A stretch of 64,000 nt of DNA from Octopus sinensis (GCF_006345805.1 NC_043023.1:21018001-21082000), one strand, 5' to 3'. Positions 37,788-52,718 are shown, numbered from the stretch's first letter. The notes: generated from the sequence alone by a model not told the origin. Program-made: numbers and translations.

Positions 37788-38360
37788 ACACGGACGCATA
37801 CACACCCACACATCCTCACAAACACACACAAACACATACACGGACGCACACACCACAACCTCCTCACAACACAAACACACACATACACGGACGCATACAC
37901 ACCCACAATACACGGACGCATTACACACACCACATACACGGACGCATACACACACACACACATCCTCACAACACACACGCACACATCCACTCACACACAC
38001 ACACAGACATACACGGACGCATACACACACACACACATCCTCACAAACACACACACACACATACACGGACGCACACACACACATCCTCACAAACACACAC
38101 ACACACATACACGGACGCAACACCACAACATACACGGACGCATTACACCACACACACACATCCTCACAAACACACACACACATACACGGACGCACACACA
38201 CACATCCTCACAAACACACACACACACATACACGGACGCATACACACACACATACACGGACGCATACACACACACACACATCCTCACAAACACACACACA
38301 CACATCCACTCACACACACACATACACACACATACACGGACGCATACACACACACACACA
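37788..38360. repeat. CA-rich compound minisatellite (ACATACACGGACGC / CATCCTCACAAAC)
   Basis: Direct reading. Confidence 0.9.
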
Positions 38361-38971
38361 CCGATCGATATATATATATCCACACACACAACCGCCATGT
38401 TCGATATATGCAAATGTATATTTATATTTATGCAAATTTTTCGCTGCGTTGTGTGAAATATGTTTTATGTATGTAGATAGATCTATAATCGAATTTCGAA
38501 GAGTTCAATGTCAGCGTCAGCGCGAAGGAGGGGAGGAGGAAGAGGAGGGGGTAATCATAATTGCTTTTGTTTTTGAATACCTTGTTGTTTTTTTTTTGGG
38601 GGGGGGGTTGTTTTTTTTTTGGGGGGGGGGTTTCTTGTCATTCTATGAGACAAAAGGTGTACTATAGCGTCGGATTGTGGTCGGATTAGCATCTGCCTAG
38701 CGATAACGGGTCGTACCATCTAAGCCCTCGCCCCACTGGGTCTTGTTTTATTTCTAACGTGGACGACGATAAGAGATGTCTGTGTCTGACTCGCAGGGGA
38801 CGGAATTTACGTTTGTAAAGTAACGTAATATTGTTGTTGTTGTCGTTGTTGTTTTTGTTGGTGGTGGTGGTGGTCTTGCGAGAGAAATTTAGGCTCGCGT
38901 TTCTTTCATAATGAGATATGAACAGGTGAATGCATAAAAAATGTAGCTGATACATATATATACACATATAT

Positions 38972-39005
<34 letters not shown>

Positions 39006-39063
39006 CATACATATATGCACATATACATATACATATATATATATGTATACATATATATATATG

Positions 39064-39101
<38 letters not shown>

Positions 39102-39103
<2 letters not shown>

Positions 39104-39330
39104 CATAGGAGTGGCTGTGTGGTAAGAAGCTTGCTTCCCAACCACATTGTTCCGGGTTCAGTCCCACTGCGTGGCACCTTGGGCAAGAGTCTTCAGCTAG
39201 AGCCTCGCGCCGACCAAAGCTTTGTGAGTGGATGTGGTAGACGGAAACTGAAAGAAGCCCGTCATATGTGTGTATGCTCGTGTGTCTGTGTCCCTACCAC
39301 CACCACCACCACCATCGCTTGACAACCGAT
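39102..39330 (+). mobile_element. SINE-A, 3'-truncated
   Basis: Head and core follow (TA)n. Confidence 0.85.
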
Positions 39331-39339
39331 GTTGGGTGT

Positions 39340-40025
39340 GGTCTCCAACTGATTTTCTGTATCCTTCTGGGCAGGTCTGTATACGTTCCATCTACTTGTT
39401 TTTTCTAAGAGACCTGATTGTGTTCAGGTCTTTGATCCAAAGAGAAGGACCGGCTCAATCAATGTTCTACAGATTTTAACTTTTAACCTAAGTGGAAGGC
39501 TTACTCTTTACTCTTTTACTCTTTTACTTGTTTCAGTCATTTGACTGTGGCCATGCTGGAGCACCGCCTTTAGTCGAGCAAATCGACCCCGGGACTTATT
39601 CTTTTGTAAGCCCAGTACTTATTCTATCGGTCTCTTTTGCCGAACCGCTAAGTGACGGGGACGTAAACACACCAGCATCGGTTGTCAAGCAATGCTAGGG
39701 GGACAAACACAGACACACAAACACACACATATATATATACATATATAGGACAGGCTTCTTTCAGTTTCCGTCTACCAAATCCACTCACAAGGCTTTGGTC
39801 GGCCCGAGGCTATAGCAGAAGACACTTGCCCAAGATGCCACGCAGTGGGACTGAACCCGCAACCATGTGGTTGGTTAGCAAGCTACTTACCACACAGCCA
39901 CTCCTGCCAGATCTTATCAAGTCTGTTACATGTCTCCCAAGCAAGAGCTTTGCCGATGCGAAGGTCCTTTTTGGGAGTCTGCTGTGTGTGATCCAAGATA
40001 TTTGAAGTCGTCAACGTTTTTGACT
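39340..40025 (-). pseudogene. Old RTE fragment (same type as 29131-30298) split by SINE-A at 39501-39908
   Basis: DFKYLGSH...ALAWETCNRLDKIW and LKVKICRTLIEPVLLFGS. Confidence 0.75.
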
Positions 40026-40041
40026 GATATATTATTGAGAG

Positions 40042-40400
40042 GTGGAGGCGCAATGGCCTAGTGGTTAGGGCAGCGGACACGCAGTGATAGGATCGCGGTT
40101 TCGATTCCCAGACCGGGCGTTGTGAGTGTTTATTCGAGCTTACGATCGTGAGGTTGTGAGCTCGAATCCCGAACCGGGCTGCGTGTTGTGTTCTTGAGCA
40201 AGACACTTTATTTCATGTTGCGCCATTCCCATTAGCTGTAGAAATGAGTTGCGACGTCACAGGTTCCAAGCTGTATCGGCCTCTTTGTCTTTCCCTTGGA
40301 TAACACTGGTGGTGTGGAGAGGAGAGGCCGGTATGCATGGGTGACTGCTGGTCTTCCATAAACAACCTTGCCCAGATTGTGCCTTGTCAGTGTCGTGGTC
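40042..40400 (+). mobile_element. SINE-C head followed by a different CORE-like SINE body
   Basis: GGCGCAATGGCCTAGTGG head; GTTCTTGAGCAAGACACTTTATTTCA; similar to 59345-59510. Confidence 0.6.
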
Positions 40401-40419
40401 GAAGGGGGTCCCGACCGAC

Positions 40420-41790
40420 CGATTGTGTTTACATTGTCTTGAGGTTTTCACAGGGACATTCCACCAGTACTCCTCTTTATTATGAGTGGCTGTGGCTTCT
40501 ACCATTTCTTTGCCCGCGCGGTTATCCTTTCAACGAATTACATTATACAGTGAACTAGCTACAAAATCATGTCTCATTGGTAAATAATACCTATTTCTTT
40601 ACTACCCACAAGGGGCTAAACACAGAAGGGACAAACAAGGACAGACAAACGGAATTAAGTCGATTACATCGACCCCAGTGCGTAACTGGTACTTAATTTA
40701 TCGACCCCGAAAGGATGAAAGGCAAAGTCGACCTCGGCGGAATTCGAACTCACAACGTAACGCAGACGAAATACCTATTTCTATTTCTTTATTGCCCACA
40801 AGGGGCTAAACACAGAGGGGACAAACAAGGACAGACAAACGGATAAAGTCGATTACATCGACCCCAGTGCGTAACTGGTACGTAATTTATCGACCCCGAA
40901 AGGAGGAAAGGCAAAGTCGACCTCGGCGGAATTCGAACTCACAACGTAACGGCAGACGAAATACCGCTAAGCATTTCGCCCGGCGTGCTAACGTTTCTGC
41001 CAGCTCGCCGCCTTCATCGGTAAATAATACCGTAATGACAATTTCGTGCAACTGCTTATGATGTGGGTGATATCTTTGGTGTTAACTTCACAAAGTCTGC
41101 ACCGGTTATCACATTTTACTGCTTTTCCTGCACCCCTGCTCCTTTTGTGTATCAGGTATTCGGTTGATATGTTCGTGATTTGCAAGGGCGTAGCCTTCAA
41201 AGAGGGAGGTAGGGATCAGGTTGTTGGTCCATGATAGACTGCTTCAGCGATTTATGCTACTATCATCGTATGTATATCTAATCTATATTTTAATTATTAT
41301 AAATCTTCCACTGAGGAGAGAACCGGTTTCCAACAAAGATACAAGGCTCCATCTTTGGGATGTGGTTAACACAGACAAATTCACATTTGGAACTTGAGAA
41401 AAGTCTTGCATATTTTTACTGTTCCACTCACAGATAACATTTGTAATGTACGAACCAACCGGTCGATTTCTCTTTCTGAAAATCTCAGTTTATCCAGAAT
41501 CTCTTTTAATACAAAACTTAATCCTCCAATTATTATTGGTAGGAATATGAATTCATTGTCTGGATATAGAAGCTGGAGATTTCAAAGCAGTTGTCCATAG
41601 ATATCCTCTTTTTCTTTGGTTTTCAAAGGGATATTTATATCTGTAGGGCAGCTGACCTCTATGATATCACAACCCTTAGCCCCTATGCCGCAAACAACAA
41701 TATCTGGCATGTTTATTTTTGACAGAAGTTTTGATGGGAATATTCCACCAGTATTCCTTGAATTGGTGTTTATGAATGTATTCCATGGGA
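40420..41790 (-). pseudogene. Scrambled fragments of a second RLE-type LINE family
   Basis: CRLC...DITHIISSC; EYWWNIPIKT; PDIVV...IIEVSCPTD; LQLLYP...KICKTFLKFQM*. Confidence 0.75.
40592..41013 (-). mobile_element. SINE-B dimer (one head, two bodies)
   Basis: TSD TCAT(T/C)GGTAAATAATACC at 40574-40591 and 41014-41031. Confidence 0.9.
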
Positions 41791-42250
41791 GGAATATATG
41801 CATGTATGTATGTATGTATGAATGTATATATGTATGTATGCATGTAGTATGTATGTGTGTACGTATCCATGCGTGTACGTAGGCATGTGTGTATGCATGT
41901 ATATATGTATGGATGCGTGTATATATGTATGTGTGTATATATGTATGGATGCATGTATATATGTATGTGTGTATATATGTATGGATGCATGTATGTATGT
42001 ATGTGTGTATATATGTATGGATGCATGTATATATGTATGTGTGTATATATGTATGGATGCATGTATGTATGTATGTGTGTATATATGTATGGATGCGTGT
42101 ATATATGTATGTGTGTATATATGTATGGATGCATGTATGTATGTATGTGTGTATATATGTATGGATGCATGTATGTATGTATGTGTGTATATATGTATGG
42201 ATGCATGTATGTATGTATGTGTGTATATATGTATGGATGTATGTGTGTAT
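41790..42250. repeat. (TATG)-derived 36-bp minisatellite
   Basis: ATGTATGGATGCATGTATATATGTATGTGTGTATAT, about 10 copies. Confidence 0.9.
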
Positions 42251-42284
42251 ATATAGGCATTGTGTATATATGTGTGTATTTTTT

Positions 42285-42660
42285 ATTCTTTTACTTGTTT
42301 CAGTCATTTGACTGCGGCCATACTGGAGCACCGACTTTAGTCGAACAAATCGACCCCAGGACTTATTCTTTGTAATCCTAGTACACCTTCTATCGGTCTC
42401 TTTTGCCGAACCGCTAAATTACGGGGACGTAAACACACCAGCATCGGGTGTCAAGTGATCTTGAGGGCACAAACACAGACATACTAAAACTATATAGACA
42501 CATAAATATATACATATATACGACGGGATTCCTTCAGTTTCCATCTACCAAATTCACTCACAAGGCTTTGGTCGGCCCGAGGCTATAGCAGAAGACACTT
42601 CCCCAACGTGCCACGCAGTGGGACTGAACCCAGAACCATGTGGTTGGTAAGCAAGCTATA
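42285..42660 (-). mobile_element. SINE-A
   Basis: Reverse complement of the family consensus. Confidence 0.85.
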
Positions 42661-42684
42661 TAACAATACACTTAAATAACGGTT

Positions 42685-42845
42685 TCAGATTTTTGGCACA
42701 AGGCCAGCAATTTCGGGAGAGGGGTAATTCGATTGCATGGACCCAAGTATTCAACTGGTACTCATTTTATGAACTTCGAAAGGCGGAATTTCAACTCAGA
42801 GCTTTAAGGCCAACAAGACTCCACTTAGCAATTCGCTCGGCGTCC
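42685..42845 (-). mobile_element. Degenerate SINE-B with alternative tail
   Basis: GGCGGAATTTCAACTCAGAG and related motifs. Confidence 0.6.
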
Positions 42846-43379
42846 CAAAAAAATGTACATAAATAATATTATTGGTACACATTAAAATATACATTTAACC
42901 GTGTGCACATATATATAACATTCAGCAATATTAAGGAATGGCCTTGATAGGCCATTCAACTTACCAGAAAGAGCAGCCAAACTCAAACCACTAAATAGTT
43001 GTAATTCAGAAATCAAAGGAAAATAAAAACATTTACCCTTATCATCTTTGGACTATGCATAGTTTCGACATACATATTGGCAAACCGATTTAATTAAATT
43101 AAATTAAATCTATTTGCCACTGGCCTGTCTCGTCAGCAAAGAAGCCAGGGAAATATATATCCACGAGGCGACAGCATCGACGCCTCGAGAATATATATTC
43201 TAAATTTTCAAAATCTACCGTCACCGCGCCAACTACTCAGCAGTAAATATAAACTGCTGATTTAATTTCAGAATTAGCCAGAAAATCATTAATTAATCAA
43301 TAAATCATTAATTAATCAAAAAATTCAAGAGAAATTTTTCGCCACCAGCGGTCAAGTGAGAAAGAAATAAAAAAAAATA

Positions 43380-43826
43380 TATATATATATATAATAACAA
43401 AATAATAAATAAAACATATGCATATATACATACATATATGTACGTACCTACCTCTACATGTATATATACATGCATATATGGGTACAGAACACAAAAAAAA
43501 CGTCGAACACAATGAGAGACAACATAAAAACAAAACCAAGGAAATGGACATTTTTCTTAAATAACGAAAATATAGAGTACAATACATACATCACAAAGAA
43601 TTTTCCCCTTCTTCAGTTGTCCTTGTTTCGCCTAATCCGTGTTTCGAAGGTAAAGGCAAGACACGACTTCGTGGAAACAATCCTTCCCGCTAAGCAAATT
43701 AAATAAAATTTGCGATTTTTTTGCGGAGGGCTAAAAGTGGTAACAAAAATCAGGACAGTAAAAACAATACAAATAAAAACAGTAAAAGACAGGACAAGGA
43801 GAATAACAGTAACACAAACATTATGG

Positions 43827-43889
<63 letters not shown>

Positions 43890-44225
43890 GTACAAAATGG
43901 GACAAGAACGCAAAACATCCAAATAAACGATACAAAAACACGGGTCATTCGAAGCTTTTAATCTTCAGTCAAGAGCCGGATCATCCTCGCAATTTCGGCT
44001 GATTAATCTTCAGATTGCTCCAATCTGGCCAGCCCCAAGGAAAGACTAAGCTAAGAGCATTAGATTCCTTGGAAAATGGATCGAATGTATACGAAACAAG
44101 GACGGAAAAATAGACGATGTTACACGAATATAAATACAAAAATAATTTTTTAAAAACAAAAAATAATACGAATATAAATACAAAAATAATAGAAAAAACA
44201 ATAATAATAACAGGACATAACAATA
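43380..44225. repeat. Possible Penelope-like terminal-repeat relics among (TA)n tracts
   Basis: 43905-44010 matches 4291-4400 in reverse; hammerhead-like fragments. Confidence 0.4.
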
Positions 44226-44397
44226 TATGTATGTATGTGTGTATGTATGTATGTGTGTATGTATGTATGTATGTGTGTATGTATGTATGTATGTATGTAT
44301 GTATGTATATATGTATGTATGTATGTGTGTATGTATTTATGTATGTATGTATGTATGTGTGCATGTATGTATGTATGTTTGTATGTATGTATATATG

Positions 44398-44431
<34 letters not shown>

Positions 44432-44967
44432 TGTATGTATGTATGTATGTATATATATATATATGTATGTATGCATGTATGTGTGTATGTACGAATGTAT
44501 ATACTGTAGCGGGACTGTGTCAACAGCCAGGTCGCAGATGCACAATAAAACTGTTGACACCTCATTAAATATACGTAAAGCGAAATTAACAGTTTTCGTT
44601 TGATATTTAAATGCTAGAAGCACTCTTCCGTAATATAATTATATTTACACATACACACACACACACATAAATACGTGTATATATATATATTATATATATA
44701 TATATATACACGTGTGTGTGTTTGCGTTTATGAGTATGTGTGTACGGGTTAATTATTTGTCTGAATTTCATGGAGCAAGCTATACCGTTGTTTACTAGCT
44801 TTTCTCCATTTTGAACGCTGTCGCTAATTTTTATTCAAGCAGAACGAAGCTATTAACAGATGTTAGTGAGCAGCGTACGGGAAATCATTGTGATTGGTGA
44901 CTGGTGGTTGGCGTGGCCATACGTTTCTGCCGGTGCTTGACACGGCAGCCTTCATAAACAATATACA

Positions 44968-45290
44968 TCTCTTATATAAAATCCGTTCTGTCTGTCTGTC
45001 CATCTGTGTGTGTGTGTCTTCTCGGATCTTTATGCCTGCTATTACTCTCACCCCAACATGAAGAATAGTAGAAGTGTCATTGAATAGTGAGTGAGAGGTG
45101 AAAGTGTGACACACTGACACACAGAAATTCATTTTGGCATTTATTATTGTAGATATACACGACAAGTGTGATAAGATATACAGACTCATTTATCCAAGTA
45201 CACACATACATATATACGCGAGGACCCATATACACATTTATTTATACACCTCTATATGCATATATGCATATATACATATATATAAATACT

Positions 45291-45327
<37 letters not shown>

Positions 45328-46100
45328 CACGGGATCACGGGACCGACCAGACCATCAGATGTTGTTACACATCGCTGGTGTCACAATGCGCTTCGCATTG
45401 TTTTAGCCTTCAAATGGCGCCACCCCGCTGGCTAAGCGAGCAGGCCAACAGAATAAAGAGTGGTGAAAGAGTACAGCAGGGATCACCACCCCCTGCCGGA
45501 GCCTCGTGGAGCTTTTAGGTGTTTTCGCTCAATAAACACACACAACGCCCGGTCTGGGAATCGAAACCACAATCCTGCGACCGCGAGTCCGCTGCCCTAA
45601 CCACTAGGCCATTGTGCCTCCACATAAACAATATACATCTCTTATATAAAATCCGTTCTGTCTGTCTGTGTGTGTCTTCTCGTATCTCGGGCATCCTCCA
45701 TCCAATTGCGCTCAAATTTGATATGTAGATACTGACGGTATCAGGGTGTGTATAAGTCTTGAAACAATTACAAAAATCGATTCCAAATGAGAATGCGATC
45801 GATAAAGCCATGGGAACGTGCATTTGTAAAATCGTTTTTCTTGGAATAGAAAAGTTTATCTTTATTTCTTCTTTTGCTGGTGTCTCAAATTTAGGTTAAA
45901 TCAGTGTTTCTCAAAGGGGAGGCCTACGGGACGGCCGGACAAGTGGTTTTGAGAAAATTTGGTTTAAATGTTTGACAACTCAGCACCGTCCATTGGACGT
46001 GGGGCGTTTTGCTCGTGAGTAAAAATAAGCTCAGTATATAGTTACGATTCCACATATTTACGTGAACAGTCACATGTATACACACACACATATATACACT
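44968..46100 (+). mobile_element. Two Helitron-like 5' ends (44968, 45637) with SINE-C (45325-45622, minus) between them
   Basis: A|TCTCTTATATAAAATCCGTTCTGTCTGTCTG twice; same layout as the 36220 unit; 3' end not identified. Confidence 0.5.
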
Positions 46101-46366
46101 AGCTTAAAGACTGCCCTATCAGACGGCTTTTAGGCTAGCTCCTATGGAGGGCTCTTCATCGGATCTTGGGCCCAACAATGACACTTCATGCGTTGAGTAC
46201 TTATTATATTTCATTAAACTTGACCAATATTTTTCAAGCAATGAACAATTTTCATCAAAACAATTATATAATTTGTCGACTTGGAACTTATTGCAAAGCT
46301 GCAGGATAAACAACATTTTTGTCTTCCCATTCAGGATTCAGTACGATTTTTTTCTGTCTAACCTCT

Positions 46367-46407
<41 letters not shown>

Positions 46408-47102
46408 TTACGTTGGTTGTTTTCGGCCATCACCATTACCAGTACCACCAACGTCGCCACCACAACTGCCATACACACACCCTTCAGACTTATGACGCCA
46501 CCACCATCAACACCTTTGACTTCGCCGCCTTCCCCTCCACCAATATCTCTCCCTCTCTCTTTCTCTCTTTACGTTGGTTGTTTTCGGCCATCACCATTAC
46601 CAGTACCACCACCATCGCCACCACAACTGCCATACACACACCCTTCAGACTTATGACGCCACCACCATCAACACCTTTGACTTCGCCGCGTTTCCCCTCC
46701 ACCAATATCACCACTGTCTTTCACATCCCTTACTCTCACCGTCATTCTTGACCGCCTCGGCTACCTCCACCACCACCATCATTCATCATCACCGACACCT
46801 CCGCCTTTTTCATAACAACAGCTCATAACAACCGGCAATCTACAACCGCCCTGCTTTATGCCTGCTATTACTCTCACCCGAACATGAAGAATAGTAGAAG
46901 TGTCATTGAATAGTTAGAGGGAGGTGAAAGTGTGACACACTGACACACAGAAATTCATTTTGACATTTATTATTATTATAGATATGCACACACGACAAGT
47001 GTGGTAAGATATACAGACTCATTTATCCAAGTACACACATACATATATACGCGAGGACCCATATACACATATATTTATACACCTCTATATGCATATATAC
47101 AT

Positions 47103-47105
<3 letters not shown>
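45027..47105. repeat. About 260-bp direct repeat (45027-45290 and 46853-47105)
   Basis: CTTTATGCCTGCTATTACTCTCACCC...GCGAGGACCCATATACAC in both. Confidence 0.85.
46392..46713. repeat. About 160-bp tandem duplication
   Basis: CTTTCTCTCTTTACGTTGGTTG...CCCTCCACCAATATC twice. Confidence 0.9.
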
Positions 47106-47158
<53 letters not shown>

Positions 47159-47392
47159 GCAGATAGATAGATAGACAGATAGATATAAATACATACATAT
47201 TTATATCTATATAGATATTCATATATATATATAGTGATGGTATGTTGTCAACTTAATGTGACAGTCCCATGAAATGGAAGAAGGCTACTGCTATTTAGCC
47301 CTAGGAAACACCGTTTCCTGTTGACCATGACACATTTTCTGTGTCCTTATGTTTTCAGAGGTGGAGATAAGCACCTCCACCTAGCAAAGCCA

Positions 47393-47461
<69 letters not shown>

Positions 47462-47599
47462 TATATATATGCATCCATATATACATACTTATATATATAT
47501 ACACACATATATATGTAAAAATAGTATATGTATACATCGTATATTTAAATAAGATGTGAAGCAAGAAGTGCACGTGAGTTTAAAAGGAAATAAAAGAAG

Positions 47600-48390
47600 A
47601 GGCTTTAGTGGAAGAGAATATAGTTTTGTGGAGTAATTTACACGAAGGGAAAGAGAATTGAGAAAAGGAGTGATTGAGGTAGAAACAAGGATATAGACGT
47701 AGTACCGAAAGGAATTCTTTTTTACATATTTAGACGTTTGTTGTGAATGTTATACCGTTGCTTGAATCTACCTTTCAGTCATGCCTATATACCATTTTCT
47801 TTCACTGTTGGATGTATGTCTCGTGGAAGTAAGCTCAGTTTTAAGCACAACTGGTGGCATGCTATGAGACATACTTATTGGTCGTGTTGTCGGGCTTCTC
47901 CAGACGTTATAGTGCCTTGATGCTCCTTCCTGGGATTCTTGATAGGTTCTGCAGCTTGTTGTCTGTTGCACTTGCTTTTCAGATTATGTCAGCCGAACAT
48001 TATTCTGAAACTGGATTGTAGGGGTGTTTTATCAATAAATGATTTGAAATGATTTTCCTGTGCTTCGTTTGAGGTTAACTGCTAATAAAAATAGGAACCA
48101 TAAATTTTCACACCTCTTTCCGTTTCATTTTCGTGTGATGTTTTCTACGAATACAAGATTGACTTTCAATCCGCTCATTTCGAGAGCCTTATTGTATTAT
48201 GCAACTGCCTTCACAAATTTTTTGTACTTACTAGATGAAACAATATAGTCTTCTGCTGATATTATTTCTTAGGTTTTTATATCAATACTATAGCTGAGGG
48301 GAAAGTTTCCTTGTGGTTGTACGTTTATCGTAAGGTTTTCTAAAGAGAAGACCGGCGATTAGATTTAGGATATATGCCATCAGTCAGTTT
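47600..48390 (-). pseudogene. Highly degenerate Penelope-like GIY-YIG region
   Basis: ERKWYIGMTER.FKQRY; upstream traces of WFNPP..GK.F..LID. Confidence 0.55.
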
Positions 48391-49830
48391 TATTTCAAGA
48401 TTTCTTGCCAAACGAGAAAAGGCTGGTCTCTAACCTACATCCAAGGATCCTTCGTTGGAATTTCAACATCAGTAACAGAGTATTTTTGTATGTGTGTATG
48501 TATGTATGTATGTATGTATGTATGTATGTATGTATGTATGTATGTATGTATTATGTATGTATGTATGTGTATGTGTGTGTATGTATGTATGTATGTATGC
48601 ATGTATGTATGCATGTATGTATGCATGTATGTATGTATGTATGTATGTTTCTATGTATGTATGTATGTATGTATGTATGTATGTATGAATGTATGTATGC
48701 ATGTATTAGGTATGTATGCATGTATGTTTGTATGTATGTATGTATGTATGTATGTATCTACGTTCGTACGTACGTATGTGTGTGTATGTATGTGTGTATG
48801 TATGTATGTATGTATGTATGTTTGTATGTATGTATGTATGTGTGTATGTATGTGTGTATGTATGTATGTATGTATGTGTGTATGTATGTATGTGTGTATG
48901 TAAGTAAGTATGTATGTATGTATGTAGTATGTATGTATGTATGTATGTATGTATGTATGTATGTATGTATGTATGCAAGCATGTATGCAAGTATGTATGT
49001 GTGCATGTGTGTATTATGTATGCCATTATTCAATTTTCTTTCAAGATTCCGTGCCTAACCCAGATCCAAAGTTCCTTCATTGGACTTTCAACATCAACAG
49101 GGTATTTCTGTATGTATGTATGTAAACGTGCAAATTTGTATGTTTTGTTTTATGTATGTATGCCCATACATATATTTCCATATCTAGACATGCTCATATA
49201 CACTTTTCTGGCATATTTTACACGTTCTTACAGTTCCAGTGTTGGATTGGATCTGTAGTCTTCGAATTATCTTTCTCCTTTCTGGTTTTGAGAAGCCTAA
49301 TTTCTCAAGATTGATATATAGGCAGTGTGCTACATATCCTTATCTATGATTTTGTTCAGTTTTATTTCAAGATTTCTTGCCAATAGAGAAAGAACTGATT
49401 TCTAACCTATATCCAAGGCTTCATCATTGGAATTTTAACATGAGCAACAGGGTATTTTTATTTGTATGTATGTATGTTATGTATGTATGTATGTATGTAT
49501 GTATGTATGTATGTATGTATGTATGTATGTATGTATGTATGTTTGTATGTATGTATATTTGTATGTATGTTATGTATGTATGTATGTATACGTGAAAATT
49601 TGTTTTCTTTTATGTATGCATTCTCTATGCATATAGTTGCATATCTAGACATGCTTATATATATACTTAAATGATAAACTTCTGAAAAGTTTTACAGATT
49701 TGTACGGTTCCAGTGATGGCTTCGATTTGTAGTCTTTGAATAAACATTCTTCTTTCTGGTTTGGAGAAGCCTAATTTCTCAAGGTTCACAATTAAGCAGT
49801 ATGTTACAAATCTCAATACCATAACAATAA
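48385..49830 (-). mobile_element. Three tandem 3' ends of the second RLE family with (CATA)n expansions
   Basis: ATTTCAAGATTTCTTGCCAA / AACCTA.ATCCAAGG / AACATC repeated; matches 41315-41400 and 60170-60440. Confidence 0.7.
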
Positions 49831-49929
49831 GATATAATCCAGAACTTGTAATCTAGATAGAGTAGCTGTAGATTCCTCAAATGTTCACATCCACAACTGT
49901 ACACATATATATGTATGTATGTATTTATG

Positions 49930-50340
49930 TACTCTTTACTCTTTTACTTGTTTCAGTCATTTGACTGCGGCCATGCTGGAGCACCGCCTTTAGTCGAGCA
50001 ACTCGACCCCGGAACTTGTTATTTTTGTAAGCCCAGTACTTATTCTATCGGTCTATTTTTGCCGAACCGCTAAGTGACGGGGACGTAAACACACCAGCAT
50101 CGGTCGTCGAGCAATGCTAGGGGAACAAACACAGACACACAAACACGCACACATACATATATATATATACATATATACGACAGGCTTCTTTCAGTTTCCG
50201 TCTACCAAATCCACTCACAAGGCATTGGTCAGCCCGGGGCTATAGCAGAAGACACTTTCCCAAGATGCCACACAGTGGGACTGAACCCGGAACCATGTGG
50301 TTGGTTAGCAAGCTACTTACCACACAGCCACTCCTGCGCC
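49930..50340 (-). mobile_element. SINE-A, full length
   Basis: Reverse complement of the family consensus. Confidence 0.9.
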
Positions 50341-50539
50341 TTCGCGTTCTTTTCTGTTTGTGATTACTTAAATTCTTTAAAGAATTCTTTAAAGAAGGGG
50401 GCTAGCTTCAACAAAGACTCATAGCGCCATCTTTGGAATGTTGATAACGAAAACATTGTCACTTTTCAAAAGTTTTGCATAGTTGTATTGTTCCACTTAC
50501 AGATTGTATTTGTAATGTGCGAATCAGCTGGTTGGTTTC

Positions 50540-51310
50540 TTTAGTGGGTAGTAAAGAAATAGGTACTTAGTTTATCGACCACGAAAGGATAAAAGTCGAC
50601 CTAGGTGGAATTTGAACTCAGAACGTAACGGCAGACGAAATACCGCTAAGCATTTCGCCCGGCGTGCTAACGTTTCTGCTTGCTTCTAACCGCCTTAATG
50701 GGGAGAAATATTTATTTTTTACTGTACACAGGGCCTAAACACAGAGGGGACAAACAAGGACAGACAAACGGATTAAGTCGATTATATCGACACCAGTGCG
50801 TAACTGGTACTTAATTTTTCGACCCCGAAAGGATGAAAGGCAAAGTAAACCTCTGCAGAATTTGAACACAGAACGTAGCGGCAGACGAAATACCTATTTC
50901 TTTATTACCCACAAGGGGCTAAACACAGAGGGGACAATCAAGGACAGACAAACGGATTAAGTCGATTTTATCGACACCAGTGAGTAACTGGCACTTAATT
51001 TATCGACCCTGAAAGGATGAAAGGTAAAGTCGACCTCGGCGGAATTTGAACTCAGAATGTAACGGCAGATGAAATACCTGTTTCTTTACCACCCACAAAG
51101 GGTTAAACACAGAGGGGACAAACAAGGACAGACAAACGGATTAAGTCGATTATATCGAGACCAGTGTGTAACTGGTACTTAATTTATCGACCCTGAAAGG
51201 ATGAAAGGCAAAGTCGACCTCGGCGGAATTTGAACTCAGAACGTAGCGGCAGACGAAATACCGCTAAGTATTTCGCCCGGCGTGCTAACCTTTCTGCCAG
51301 CTCGCCGCCT
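50540..51310 (-). mobile_element. SINE-B remnant plus trimer (one head, three bodies, 50710-51310)
   Basis: Internal junctions GAAATACCTATTTC. Confidence 0.88.
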
Positions 51311-52129
51311 TTATCGAACTCTTGGCACTGTGTCAGTGAGTCGCATACCTCCACCCATTAAGCCACGCACCGTCACACAACCCGATGCGTATCTCGGCTA
51401 CCGACAGACACAACGCGACAAAAGGCGGCAGATCTGATCTAGCAATTTTGCTCTAACTCTGTACATGGATGGGAATTTTTTTTCCCAGTTAACATTTTAA
51501 AATTTAATAAATTTTCTTAATTAACATCCTAACGAGTAAATTAGTTTTAATTTTCTAGCAAAAACTCAAACGTATATCTTAGATGTGATTCAAGATACGA
51601 CATTTGTTAGTATGAGAGAGTCTGCAATGCAAATTTGGTTAAATTTAATGTCGGAGAAATCTAGAAGTATTGATACGTATGTGGAAACGGTGATTGAATT
51701 TTCTGATGCCAAAATCCACTAATATGATTTTTTTCTTTTTTTTTTTTAATATCTACAAAAGATTTCTAAATTAGATAAACTATTAAATTCGGATTTCAAA
51801 GAAATAAAACCGGTCTTTGCCAGATTTTTATGTCGGTAAAATCTGTTGGTATTGATACGGGTGTGTATGACAAGAATACAGTTTCCTGTGAGCGATTCTT
51901 CAAACGTGAATACATAATACATACATACAGTCATACATACATACATAATACATAATACATACATACATACATCTGTCGTACGTACACACATACATACATG
52001 TGTTAATATGTATGTTGTTAATATGTGCATGCTTGCATGTATGTATGTGTGTGTATATGTGTGTGTATATGTATATATGCATTTTTATATTTATAGATAC
52101 GTACGTATATATCTATAGAAAGAGAGAGA

Positions 52130-52133
52130 AAGG

Positions 52134-52219
<86 letters not shown>

Positions 52220-52221
52220 CA

Positions 52222-52263
<42 letters not shown>

Positions 52264-52264
52264 T

Positions 52265-52342
<78 letters not shown>

Positions 52343-52345
52343 TAG
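52130..52345. repeat. (GATA)n microsatellite
   Basis: Direct reading. Confidence 0.95.
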
Positions 52346-52718
52346 ATATATATAGAGAGAGGGAGAGATTGCGATATAGATGTAAAGATATCATATTGTG
52401 TGTGTGTGTGTGTGTGTGTATGTGTGTGTGTGTGTGTATCGCTATACATACAAACACACACATACCTACACACACTGTTGCAATTCTCTGCACACAGTAC
52501 AGTTATGAAATTTCAATATTAAACAATTAAATTTGGCCATCAAAAGAAACACTCGATTTTTAAATATATCCACTGGAGCTGCCGCAAAGCAAGAAGTTCG
52601 TCTGGCATCGTATCAAAACGAATTCCGCCATATTTGAACATCATTTAGTGCAATCATTGAGCAAAATATTGTAACAGTTCGTAGTTACATCCATTATTGA
52701 TTTACCTTATAACTTTCA

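Noticed and set aside
37584-38456. ORFs spanning the N gap
   Set aside because: Artefacts of translating N and low-complexity sequence
38660-38830. CpG-containing segment as a first exon or promoter
   Set aside because: Only a weak donor-like GTAACG; not enough evidence
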